A stretch of 64,000 nucleotides of DNA, from contig NIVC01003996.1 of assembly GCA_002269645.1 (NCBI GenBank), positions 1-64,000 of the forward strand, written 5' to 3'. Source of the DNA: Macrostomum lignano. Its lineage: Eukaryota. This document shows, one piece after another, positions 33,653 to 45,330 of the stretch. The notes under the pieces are model-generated. The model was not told the origin of the DNA. It searched no databases and saw only the letters and a list, made by a program, of their open reading frames with translations. The position numbers were made by a program, and so were the translations under genes. Within the stretch, counting starts at the first letter, position 1; every line of letters starts with the position of its first letter.

Positions 33653-34770
33653 CTGATTGGTTGAATAATTTTTTGATTGATCGATCGATCGATTGATTGA
33701 TTGATTAGTTGTTTGTTTGATTGATTTATTGATTGATTGATTGTTTGTCTAATTGATTAATTGATTAATTAGTTTATTCCTTTTGTTAATTTAAAAAATC
33801 TATTTAGACTGGGTTGTTTAATTTAATAATTGATTAACTTCTTGGTTTAATTGGTTTGTCGATAAGCTTATTGATGATTGGGTTGATTAATCAATCAATA
33901 GATTAATTCATTCATGCATTCTATAAATAGCTAATACGTATCAGGGTAGTATTCAAGTCTAATGCTAATAATCATAGAGTTGAAAAAAACTTCTCACAAA
34001 ATACGCAACTAATTACCTGATTAGCCGAGTAGATAGTGAGGCACATCCCGGTGCCGCCAAACAGCAAAGTCCAGAAGCTGTGTCTCACAGTTGGATCGGG
34101 ATTAAAGTTGAAAAAGTTCAAACGGTCACCAGCAGCAGCCATCTCGAATACGCGTTCGAAACCGCCAACTTCCATAGTTGCCATGACAACTAAAGTACAG
34201 AAGGCTACAAATACAATGATCATTTGCACTAGATCGGTCCACATCACCGCTTTAATACCGCCTAGAGCTGTGTAGAAAGTGCAGACGACTCCAGTGAGTA
34301 CCATTGTGAGCGGGAATGACAGACCAGTGACCTGTTGAAATGTGATGGCCGGGCGTACAGCACCACAGCCTGATAGAAGAACATCTGGATGCAGAACACT
34401 ATGGAAGCTGCGGTGCGAACTGCCGAACTGAATCTCAACTCCAGATAGTGCTGAGCAGTGAGCACTCGATTCCGATACAGCACCGGCATGTACACCTCTG
34501 CCGTGATTGGGAAAGCTAGAAAATAGCTGATCCCCAATATGATGTACTGCACTCCTGACTGGTAAACTTCCGCAGTAGTGCCAAGAATAGAAATCGCCGA
34601 TATGAAGCCATGACTGAGAATGTCACAGGCATCAGTGTCATCTGTCTTGAGCCGAGAAATATGTCCTTAGATGACCTCTGCCTGTGGTATGCAATACCAA
34701 TACTAGCCGATATCAGCAGGACTAGAGCAAATATCAGATAGTCCAACCAGTGGAACACCACGGTAGCCAT
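32096..34770 (-). pseudogene. Sodium:solute symporter, SLC5 (SMCT/SMVT-like), two exons, two frameshifts
   Basis: Exon 1 34770-34017 (WLDYLIFALVLLISASIG; YLELRFS; YTALGGIKAVMWTDLVQ; DPTVRHSFWT) and exon 2 33187-32096 (AQLQRYLSC; DQLLP; ASLSTVSSGINSLS; GPLLAVFSLG). GT-AG intron, phase 0. Frameshifts at about 34603 (loss of one TTCA copy) and about 34351 (CCCC>CCC). It could instead be an intact gene with assembly indels. Confidence 0.85.
33205..33760. repeat. (GATT)n/(GATA)n compound microsatellite
   Basis: Fills most of the single SLC5 intron. Confidence 0.95.
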
Positions 34771-34894
34771 GATGCTTCTTTGTGTTTTTAAGCTTTTTAG
34801 TTAAACAACTTTATTATGGGAATTAAAGCTGAAATATTTTACGAAAGTATTGCATATGTTTATAAATTGCTGTAATCTGATTATTTTAATTGGA

Positions 34895-35475
34895 TCCCAA
34901 ACCCAATAAACACAATGATTCCTAAACCCAATAAACACAATGATTCCTAAACCCAATAAACACAATGATTCCTAAACCCAATAAACACAATGATTCCTAA
35001 ACCCAATAAACACAATGATTCCTAAACCCAAATAAACACAATGATTCCTAAACCCAATAAACAGAATGATTCCTAAACCCAATAAACACAATGATTCCCA
35101 AACCCAATAAACACTACTAACCCTACAAAACACAATGATCCCCCAATAATATAAACACAATGATCCCTAATCATATAAACACAATGATCCCTCAATCATA
35201 TAAACACAATGATCCCTAATCATATAAACACAATGATCCCTCAATCATATAACACAATGATCGCCCAATCATATAAACACAATGATCCCCAATCATAAAA
35301 ACAATGAACCCTAATCATATAAACACAATGATCCCCAATCATAAAAACAATGAACCCTAATCATATAAACACAATGATCCCCTAATCATATAAACACAAT
35401 GAACCCTAATCATATAAACACAATGATCCCTTATCATTTTAAACACAATGACCCCAAATACAATAAACACAATGT
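34895..35475. repeat. About 24-25-bp minisatellite (aaacacaatgattcctaaacccaat, grading to aaacacaatgatccctaatcatat)
   Basis: Tandem units with a sequence gradient along the array. Confidence 0.92.
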
Positions 35476-35997
35476 CGCGTATCCAGTCCTGATTGGAATT
35501 ACCTCTACACTCAGAAGTGAGTTAATAACCCCAGTCTGTGTACCCTAGGGATTTGGGGTTATGAGAATGAAATAATGTAAAAATAAATTGGCGGTGGGCC
35601 CAGCCTTGCACTGCCCCAGTTATCAAACGAAGCACTGGCTCAAGACAGCAATTAGTGAGTATTCCTCTGTGTGGACACAGGGTCTGAGGAAATTAGGGAC
35701 GGCCTGATCACGTCTCTAGATGCGACCTTCAAGGCTCAGTTATCTCGTGTTCTGTAGTTGCGATCTGGCTGTAGTGTCACAATATAAACACAAGGATCCT
35801 AAATCATATAAACGCAATCATCCAAAAACTCAATAAGGATAATTGTTCCCAATTATATAAACACTATCATTCAAAAACCATATAATTGTGTTTGCAAATA
35901 TTGTGCTAAGTACATAGATATTATTATCCAAATAATGTAATCGAAATTTGAATTAATAATAAACTCACAAAAACAAAGCATGAGTTCTGAGCTGAGA

Positions 35998-36245
35998 GGG
36001 CTGTAGCCTAGTGGTCAGAGCGTTGGACTCACGACTTGAAGGTCGGGGGTTCGATTCCTGACTCCACTGAAATAATATGTGTCCTTGAGCAAGACATTTA
36101 ACTCTATATTGCTTCAGTTCACCCCAGCTGTAAAATGGGTGCCAGCATTATCGGGGGTAATTGACCCCCCCCCCCAAGTCCTTGGACTGAACAGCCGTAC
36201 GCAGCCTTCAGCTGCCCATTGGGGCAGGTGTAATCAATCAACCAA
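35998..36245 (+). mobile_element. tRNA-derived CORE-type SINE (family B)
   Basis: tRNA-like head gggctgtagcctagtggtcagagcgttggactcacgacttgaaggtcgggggttcgattcc (A and B boxes), then the CORE-like gtgtccttgagcaagacatttaac...ttcagttcaccccagctgtaaaatgggt. Confidence 0.85.
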
Positions 36246-36589
36246 ATAACTATTCCGAATAACAACTGTTACTAGTCCTTGACAATACGAATGTCGAGTA
36301 CTAATTTGCAATTTCAATTATAAAAAACACAGCAGACTTAAAGTAACTAAACTGCCATACAAACGTACTGATTACTCTTAGAAACTTTAAATCTTAAGCT
36401 TAAAAGCTAGTTCAAGAAATTAATTGCTGTAGAAAGAAACCGAAATTCCAAGGACAGAAAGAACTTTAGAACTTATTATAACTGTACACAGACTAAAATA
36501 AAATGCAGACAGCTGCGCAGATAATGTAGGAGATAAAGTGGCACATGTAACGAAGGAGAGAAAGTAAGATAAATTAGAGAGACATTGAG

Positions 36590-36985
36590 AAAACCAAGAG
36601 ACTGTGAAAAAATGAGAGAGGTGTGAGATAAATACGAAAGACTGTGAGATAAATAAGAGAGACTGCGAGATAACTAAGAGAGACATTGAGATAAATACGA
36701 AAGACTGTGAGATAAATAAGAGAGACTGTGAGATAACTAAGAGAGACATTGAGATAAATACGAAAGACTGTGAGATAAATATGAGAGACTGTGAGATAAC
36801 TAAGAGAGACAGTGAGATAAATACGAGAGACTGTGAGATAAATGAGTGAGACTGTCAGATAACTAAGAGAGACTGTGAGATAAATGAGTGAGACTGTCAG
36901 ATAACTAAGAGAGACATTGAGATAAATGAGAGACTGTGAGATAAATACGAGAGACAGTGGGATAAATGAGAGAGACAGTGAGACA
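36590..36985. repeat. About 19-20-bp minisatellite (gagactgtgagataaat)
   Basis: Tandem units. Confidence 0.9.
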
Positions 36986-39900
36986 AATTACCTTTCCTTT
37001 CAAATTTCAATTAATCTATCTCACATTAACGTATATCAAATATATTGTTTAAGCTAACTAATAGGTTTATATCAGGATTATACGCCACGTGACACGCTGG
37101 TTCGATCCAGCTCACTCTTGTGTTGTCCACTTCAGCCAGCTCTAGAAGACGAGAGACAGACAGTTCAGCATGAGCGCTGATAGAAGCTTATTGGCCAACC
37201 AATGAGAGAGAAGCTGGACTAAAAATAGAGAAAACTCTTTTCAGGACTCAGCTCTGCAGGCGATGAGAAGAAGTCCGAGAGCAGAGAGAGGGGCCTGATT
37301 TTGTAGTGGGACACCCTCGCTTTTATACCGGTGAAGTGTACATAGAGAGGGAAGGTAAGAAAAACTAGGGAAGGCTTGGCATAATGTATGGTTGTACGCA
37401 ACAGTATGTGCAAGCCGAGGCTTCAAAAATTGATCTTGCATAGACTCAGAAAGATAAGAATCGAGAAACAATAAAAATCCTGGCACTTCTACTTTTAAGT
37501 AGTAATTCAGTAATTCGACTTGATTCCTTCGAATAAATAACAAGCCTAAATTGAAATCTGGGCTTGGCTTTGCTTATGCATTTAATGTCATTGTCCCTTG
37601 TTCTTGTCCCTAAGGGCCAACCTGCAAGGCAGAGCAAAATATATACATACCTAACATAAAATAAAGGTAGTCTGCTATTGTTTCTATATTTCTGTGCTTG
37701 CATGCCAACCAATGTCTCTTGCTAGCTAGTTAAAGTATACTAGGGTTAGGGTCGTAGGGAGCATATAGTCCATTGCATTTACTTAGGTAATCTATTGCTC
37801 ATTTTTGTTACCAATTTAATCATTATTAGATATCTAAGCTTTGGTCATAATATGATTTTTAGGTCAATATTAATAGTGTTAGCATTGTCAAATTTCTAAA
37901 GTAATCTTATAAGCATATTTTAGCTACCACATATATATACCTATTATTACTATACCTAGTAGTTCTTATATAGTATTTTATTGTTTTTTATTCAAGACAA
38001 GACTTGCAAAAAGTCTATGTTCACCTTTATACACTTTAACTAACATTATCACAACTAGCAAAAGGCATAATGGCCTGTTTTACCAACCCCTTGAGTAGGC
38101 AATCAAGCATATTGATACCTATTTAGGCCTACTCATAAGCACAAGCATAAGATTAAGCTAAGGCTACTAGCATAATAATGCTATATATCAGACAGCTAGG
38201 CTATGATAAGAGTTAGACAAGATCTTCAAGATCTCTATCTTGATTGTCAATAACTTAGTACTTTTTTCTCAATCTTGATCTTGGTTTTAAGATCTTGAAA
38301 AAAGTCAAGATTTGTGACTAAGTCACTATTGGTGACTATGATATTATCATCATTATATTTGATATATATCAAGTAACTAACAAGCTCAACAATAATTGCT
38401 TTTTCCTTCTATTGTCAGCATTAAACACATTTAACAAATAACAATATTACTATTATTATTGATAGATAGAATAGTATAAATAGACCTACTAGATGCTATT
38501 TGGCTTAATCTTGAATCTTGATCAAATCTCAATTATCTTAAAAGCATAGAGACCAAAAAATTATTTCTGCAACATGGAACTTTTATTCTTATTATTGTCA
38601 TTAGCTTTTATTGCTATTAAGCAATATTTTTATTGCTTTCTGCTTTTTATATAGTTAATTGCTTTAGGTAAAATTAGTTTAACATTTCAAACCCTATTGG
38701 AATAAGTGGACAAAAGGTGTCTAACCATCTGTCACAGTGTTGCATTGCAGCTAGAGTCAATGCAGGTAGTGTTGCAGTGTGGTGTAGTTTTAGACTTTTA
38801 GGTAAATGGCAAGAGTAACTATTACTGTCTTTTTAAGGCTAAATGCCTCATTATCTAATTAGTACTACACCCGTTTTTGATGCAAAAATTAACATATTCT
38901 GTGTTGCATTGCATTTTTTAGCTATAACTTTAGACCCAATGTTGTGCATCTACAGGTTTTTTATACTTATTCTAATAGGGGTTTTAAAACTTGTAATATT
39001 TTAAATATCCAAGAATAAAAAACTTAAGGTTTCAAAATACTTATTTTTATATCTATAATACTATAGATAGTATACTATTCATAACTTAGTATATGAATAC
39101 CACACTCTCAATCATATAGTATATGCCTAAAATTTAGACCAAAAGTAGGCATGCACAGTTGGTGTGTTATCACTCTTAAGAAAATAGTATGAGTGCATAC
39201 TTGGCTTGGCATGTACCTTAAAGAATCACATCAAAAAGTTAGTGTTCATTGAAAAAGATATAAAAAGTTCATTTTAAGCATAAATTTCAAGCTTTCCAGG
39301 TTTTTAAAGCTTGTAATAAGGCATTTAAACAAATCTTTGTATGTATTAATTTTTAATTATTGATAAATAATATAAATAGTATAAGCATAATAAATAGGAG
39401 AAGCAAAAAAAGCAAAAAATCAAATAAATTATTTGCCAAAAGGGGTCCCTTACACAACCCAAAAAAGTCTTTTATTGTTGCAGCATAGAAAAATATCATA
39501 TATTGTTGCAACACTAGCATAGATTTGAGAGTATGAGCATATACTCAAAAATTTTTGGTATGCAATTGTAATTATTCAACTTTTGTTTTGGTGTACACCT
39601 AGCATGATCCAGACTAAGTCTATGGTATGAGTATAGTAAAATATAGTTAAGTTCTTAATATTTCTTCATAGGTTAAAGTTAAAGTTTAAAAGTTAATTAA
39701 TTTTTTTTTATTTTTTAAGCTTAATTTTTATAAACCTATAAAGCATATATTTATATTCTATCATATGCAATTATGCAAAAAATACTCTATAGCATAGTCC
39801 AATAGGCCTGGCCTACTACTACAAACAAAAAAGTCAATTCAATATAACAGTAACAATTGTTTTTAACCTAAAAAATAACTTTTAATGACATGACACAAAA

Positions 39901-42139
39901 AATTCAACATTAAAAAATATAAGATAGCCAGCACAAACCCATGAGGCCATGAGTAAGTACTATATTTGTCATTTGTGCTCTGCTCTTGTTGTACTTTCTA
40001 TCTATAGTATAGGCCTGTGCAGTCTGTGCTGTATAGGCATAGCTTAGCTATCATCTATGGCTATAGAAATAGTGTAGCTATGTTATAGGCCTTCAATTAG
40101 CATAAGCAATAATATGGGTCTAGATAGACTTAAAGCCTTATGTCATTCACCAATGCATTATTTAAAAACACCACTTTTAGAGAGTGGATGATATCTGATA
40201 TGATCTGATTGATAGCTAGCAATTTCAGTCAGTTCATCAATGATCAATTCCCACACGCCGTATTTTTTAAAAAGCCTGTCATGGCAATAAATGAATTTTA
40301 AGATTCAAGAAACGCAGAATGCATGATGCAGACTGCAGACAGGGCAGGCATGGGCATTTCTAGGAAATCCAGACGACGCTTTGTACCTACGCGACTTTCT
40401 AAGAACTATATGCATTAAACCATCGATATTGTTTTTATCCTAAGTGTGGGGATACAATGCGTAATTGTTTAAGTTAAGCAACTTATTTTTTAAAAATAAG
40501 TGTACATGTATGCATTTTTGCTTACTAAAAGCAAAAAAGCACGATAATTATTGAGTCCAATGTAGTAACGACTTTGGAAGATAAAGTAATTGGAAAGCGC
40601 TGTGTCTCTCACTTGTAATTTGTAATAGTAATAGTAATATTAATATTATTATCTTTTTAATTTACTAACTTATTTACCAGCATAATTAATTAGCCTTGGA
40701 ATAGGCTGTAACAAGGACTACTCAAGTAACATATAGGACGCAACACTCGAAATCTTATGGTAATGTTTTGAAGGCAACTTTTCGCCGAAAAATACACTAC
40801 AGAGATAGGAGGTTTTAATTTTTTCAGCACAAAAATTGTTATTGCTTTTGATAGGAGGAAGATCCAGTGTTCATCTTTTGATATGTCGTGCCTTTATTAT
40901 TGCTCTATCGATATTCATAAAGCTTTTCGTTCAGAAATAGTAAGACAGGAAAATACACTTACGGATAGGAAATTTCACGATTTTCAACACTAAAACAGTG
41001 ATTGAGTCTCTTAACAGTGTCAGAGAAAGTTCTAATCTGCACACTATTTTGTGCCTCACATGCTGCTCTAACGACGCATTGATCGATTTTTCATGTTAAA
41101 TTGATCTTATTGGAAAAAACGTTTGGAAAAAACGTTTGAAATAATGACAAGACCTTTGGACATGTAGTCCAAAACCGCGCTGCGGAAAACCTCGCTGCGG
41201 GAAGCTATGGCAAACCTCGGCGGGAAAACTTCCTGTGGGAAATTCTCCTCTGGTTTGATTGTAGTTTCTTCAAGCCTTAAGTTTTCTTTCAATGGTCAGA
41301 GCAGCTAAACGCGTCTGACTGTTGCGTTGTGCTGGTTCGATCCCTGGTCTAATTCTGTGAGCGGCATCATTAATGACATCTTCATACTGATACAATGTTA
41401 ATTCTTGACGCTATGGAAAAAAATTAATAAACAATTGAGTATACTGAGGTCTGTTCTGTATACTAGTACAAGTGCACGAGCACTCGAAAAATTCATATTG
41501 AAACTACTGCTGGGGTGTTAAGACTTCTCTCTCTCTCTCCGCAAGATGAGTCATAAATTTCACGTGCACCAATACGGGAAGCGCGCTAGGGAAACAAAAA
41601 GAAGACAAATTTTGCATGCAATGGCCATCATGAAGGAACTTTGCCAGCAATTTTTTGGCGTTAGCTAGCGACCCAAAGCATGCATTGAAAAGCAATTCCT
41701 TTTGCCCTGCTGCATTCGCTCTTGATGGTGTGTCTGCATGCTTGTATCTGACTGTCTCCAGTATCCGTGCCCCGCACGACCCTGGACCTCTCATAATTCT
41801 CCGAGGGATGGGTGAAATGCATAGTTCAGACTATACGCACTTCAAGTGTACCGGATTCGTGCAGAGCATTATGAATGATATGCATGCATGCGCATACTCA
41901 CCATTTTTGACATAACGCCGTTGCGCATGGATGAATGGAATTAATTGCACAGCTTCTCTGCAAGCATGAAGTATATTGTTTGTTAGTCCCCATGAGAGGA
42001 ACATAACCATTTTCGCATTTTTCTTCATCCTAAAATGTACTTTTAATTAATTATCTACCCTGGGGGATTATATATTGATTATATTTTTACTTTTAAATGC
42101 AAAGCTGCATAAGGGTCAGTGAGATTTGTCCTCCTTCGT

Positions 42140-42497
42140 CAATCACATCGGGTCATAAGATTCTTTAAGAAGGGGTCATTGACCTCCTTCGTCAAATTCA
42201 TAAGGGTAATAAGATTCTTTGAGAAGGGGTCATTGACCTCCTTCGTCAAATTCATAAGGGTAATAAGATTCTTTGAGAAGGGGTCATTGACCTCCTTCGT
42301 CAAATTCATAAGGGTAATAAGATTCTTTGAGAAGGGGTCATTGACCTCCTTCGTCAAATTCATAAGGGTAATAAGATTCTTTGAGAAGGGGTCATTGACC
42401 TCCTTCGTCAAATTCATAAGGGTAATAAGATTCTTTGAGAAGGGGTCATTGACCTCCTTCGTCAAATTCATAAGGGTAATAAGATTCTTTGAGAAGG
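42140..42497. repeat. 54-bp near-perfect tandem repeat, about 6.5 units
   Basis: Period measured between gggtcatt copies ending at 42180 and 42234. Confidence 0.93.
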
Positions 42498-43616
42498 CCA
42501 GGCACCTATCTGTAATCTTCAACTAACTATGCAAGAAGCATTTTAGCAAGCAGAGCTGAGAGCGCGGTATTGACGAGACAATTTGGAAAGCAAGCAACTA
42601 AATTTTTGAAGCAATTCTCCACAAATCATAAATTATCTTTTTGGTCTCTCCCCCTTCTCAGGTCAGTTTCAACTTCCTTATTTATTAGTCTGGAGTTAAT
42701 TTGAAAGCTATGCGTCTAAAGCCGTCTATGCAATAAAATTGATTGCTTATCGAATAATAAGGCTCATTTTCAGAGTCATCTGCCACATTTCGTGCCGATT
42801 TTCATCCACATAGCAACAACGACAGCAAAAATGGGGGTTTAATTTTACTCTTGGCTTTTAAATGCAATTTCTGTCTGTATTTTCTTGTCACTGTAAATTC
42901 TAAAATCGAAGCAAGCAATATTAGCTAACGCATAAAAATCCATTAAAAATGACACAAAAATGGACGTCATGGAAGCGAATTAACTTGTGATGCTGCTGCT
43001 GCTGCAGTCATTCAGTGCCCTGTGTCAGGCACAGTGACAGTGACTTATTACGGCTGGTTGAGTGAATGAGCATGGACTGGGGTCCGTATACTAAAAATAA
43101 AAAATACACTTGATTTTGACTAGCCTAACATGGTCCATGGTTTGACTATGGAGAGGAGGAGCGAAGTGAATCACACACACACACACACACACACACACAC
43201 CGAGGGACCCCGCCCCGCAAAGCGAAAACCCACCACCCCATTCCCCCAGTCCAACGGGCGAACAAACCACCCCATAAATATCGTCCAATAGGAACGCTCC
43301 AAATCTCTCACCCCTCTTAGCCCATGCAAGAAGGGCAGAGGCCATTTATAGAGCGGAACAATCAACCCCTCGCACATTTAGAACCGGCCGCTTTGTGAAA
43401 CTTTTACAGCGCGTGTAAATAACAGCGAGTGTGTGGACTTTAATTTTAACAAAGCTCAGCAAGTCCGTTGGCTCGGCATGTAAAAATATTTAAAATCTAA
43501 ATCTCTTCGTCATCAATCGTCTAGCTTTCATCGACGCTGAGTGCTAATAAATTACACTACTCGCCTAGCAGCATCAATTCACTTTGATACTACGTACTAT
43601 TCGAATTAGATAAAAG

Positions 43617-44415
43617 ATGGAGCATCATAACAATAACGTCAACGAAAACAACAACATGCTGGTAAATGTGGACTCCGAGGTTACATTTGAACTTGGCGAC
43701 GGTGCCAGCGGCAGCGGAGGCAGTCCTAGCGCTGGCAGTTTACCAATAGCAGCCGCAGTTGACGCTGGCATTGGCAGTCGTGGCGGCAGCGCCGGCGGCT
43801 CAACCCAGGCCACTACTAGTCCTCGGGGTCCGCCGCTAGAATGGAGCACGCCAGTATCAAATCCGGATAGCTACAATTATAATAATGCCAGGCGTCGTCG
43901 ACACGGCGCCGGAGGCGGCGGCGGCATGGATAGCGGGTATCAGACTGACTCACCGCTGATGATGAACACCGCCTTAGCAGCAGCAGCCGCTGGGACATCA
44001 ACATCTGATCAACAGCAGCAGGAGCAATTTCAAATGAGCATGGAAGATTTGCGACTACAATTGCCTAGCCCACCGCCGCTTCATCATCAACAGCAGCAGC
44101 AGCAGCAGCCACCGCCTGGCACTTTTAGACCTGTTAGTCCCCAGCCTGTCATGCTGTCATCGTCTGCTCCAACAATGAGACAGCTATCGCCTCATCTCGC
44201 CTCAGGCTACCATCTGCACTATCAGAATCATCATCATCAATATTATTATCCATATCGACCGCCGTCTGTACCCATGGCCGATCTGCCAGAGCCAGAAGAG
44301 GCAGCAGCAGCAGATGAAGCAGCAGACCTCGAGGCCCAGCAAAGCCTTCTCGGCGGCGGCCCTAATTCTGCTGCAGATCGAGAAGTTGCTTACGTTGCTG
44401 CCTCCCGTTCGGGTG
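43617..44415 (+). CDS. First coding exon (1a) of a putative BH3-containing gene; long disordered Gly/Ser/Gln/Pro-rich N-terminus
   Basis: 266-codon ORF with coding-like composition ending at a canonical donor G|GTGAGT (phase 1). The phase matches the BH3 exon at 59789. Confidence 0.72.
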
Positions 44416-45149
44416 GTGAGTTATTAAGGTTTCTGGGTTAATTATTTTCTATTCTAAAAGTACATGAGCATGAGCACAGGAGAAAGAGCTGACTAGGGGC
44501 GGGGGAACATTTTATGGCTCTATTCTAGGAATGCTCACAACTCACATGTTGATCACGTGACATGACATGACGTTAAAGCGGTTCAACCGCGTGACACGGG
44601 GGTTTCTTCCTTCTTTCTATCGATATTTCCTAATTAAATTTGTTTGCTTGCACTTTTAATTGAGTGTCATTTAAACATCTCTATGGCCTGTAGTGTGGAA
44701 ATGAGAGGGGTTGGTCTTGGTCAAGAATTAGGTCAGCTCATGTGTATGATAAGGAAGGAAGACAGCAAGGTCACTGAGTGCGTTTTTTTCTTTTAACAAA
44801 CGAATTTTATAAAGTACATTTGGTACTTTTTAATTGATGGTTTCATTTTTGGCTTCTTAGAATTTGAATGCAGAAAAATTACGATTTCGTGTTTCAATCT
44901 GGCATTAGTCTAAATTCTAAAACGGGGGCATAAAAATCTAAAGCTACATTTAAAGCTTCTGTTTATTGTACTTTTTGTTTGAATAAAGTTCATACTGCAC
45001 TTATTATTATAATTACTCTGGAACAGATAGTGCCATTCTGGTTCTTGCATTCTGGCCTGATACTCTATAGAGTATAGACTCTACTATAAGTCTCATTCTG
45101 ACACTCCCTGAGTTCATGAACCTTCTGGTACTCACCCCTAGGCCCTAGT

Positions 45150-45330
45150 ATCATTCTGGCACTCTCTTAGTCTCATTCTGGCACTCCACCCAGTCTCATT
45201 CTGGCACTCCACCCCCAGTCTCATTCTGGCACTCCACCCCCAGTCTCATTCTGGCACTCCACCCAGTCTCATTCTGGCACTCCACCCAGTCTCATTCTGG
45301 CACTCCACCCCCAGTCTCATTCTGGCACTC
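45150..45330. repeat. 24-26-bp minisatellite (cagtctcattctggcactccaccc)
   Basis: Tandem units. Confidence 0.88.

Noticed and set aside
35998-36066. tRNA gene
   Set aside because: The tRNA-like sequence continues into a multi-copy CORE domain, so it is a SINE head; the anticodon stem pairs poorly.
41290-41350. tRNA/SINE head (tggtcagagc ... ggttcgatccc)
   Set aside because: Only box-like words are present; no cloverleaf and no recognisable SINE body follows.
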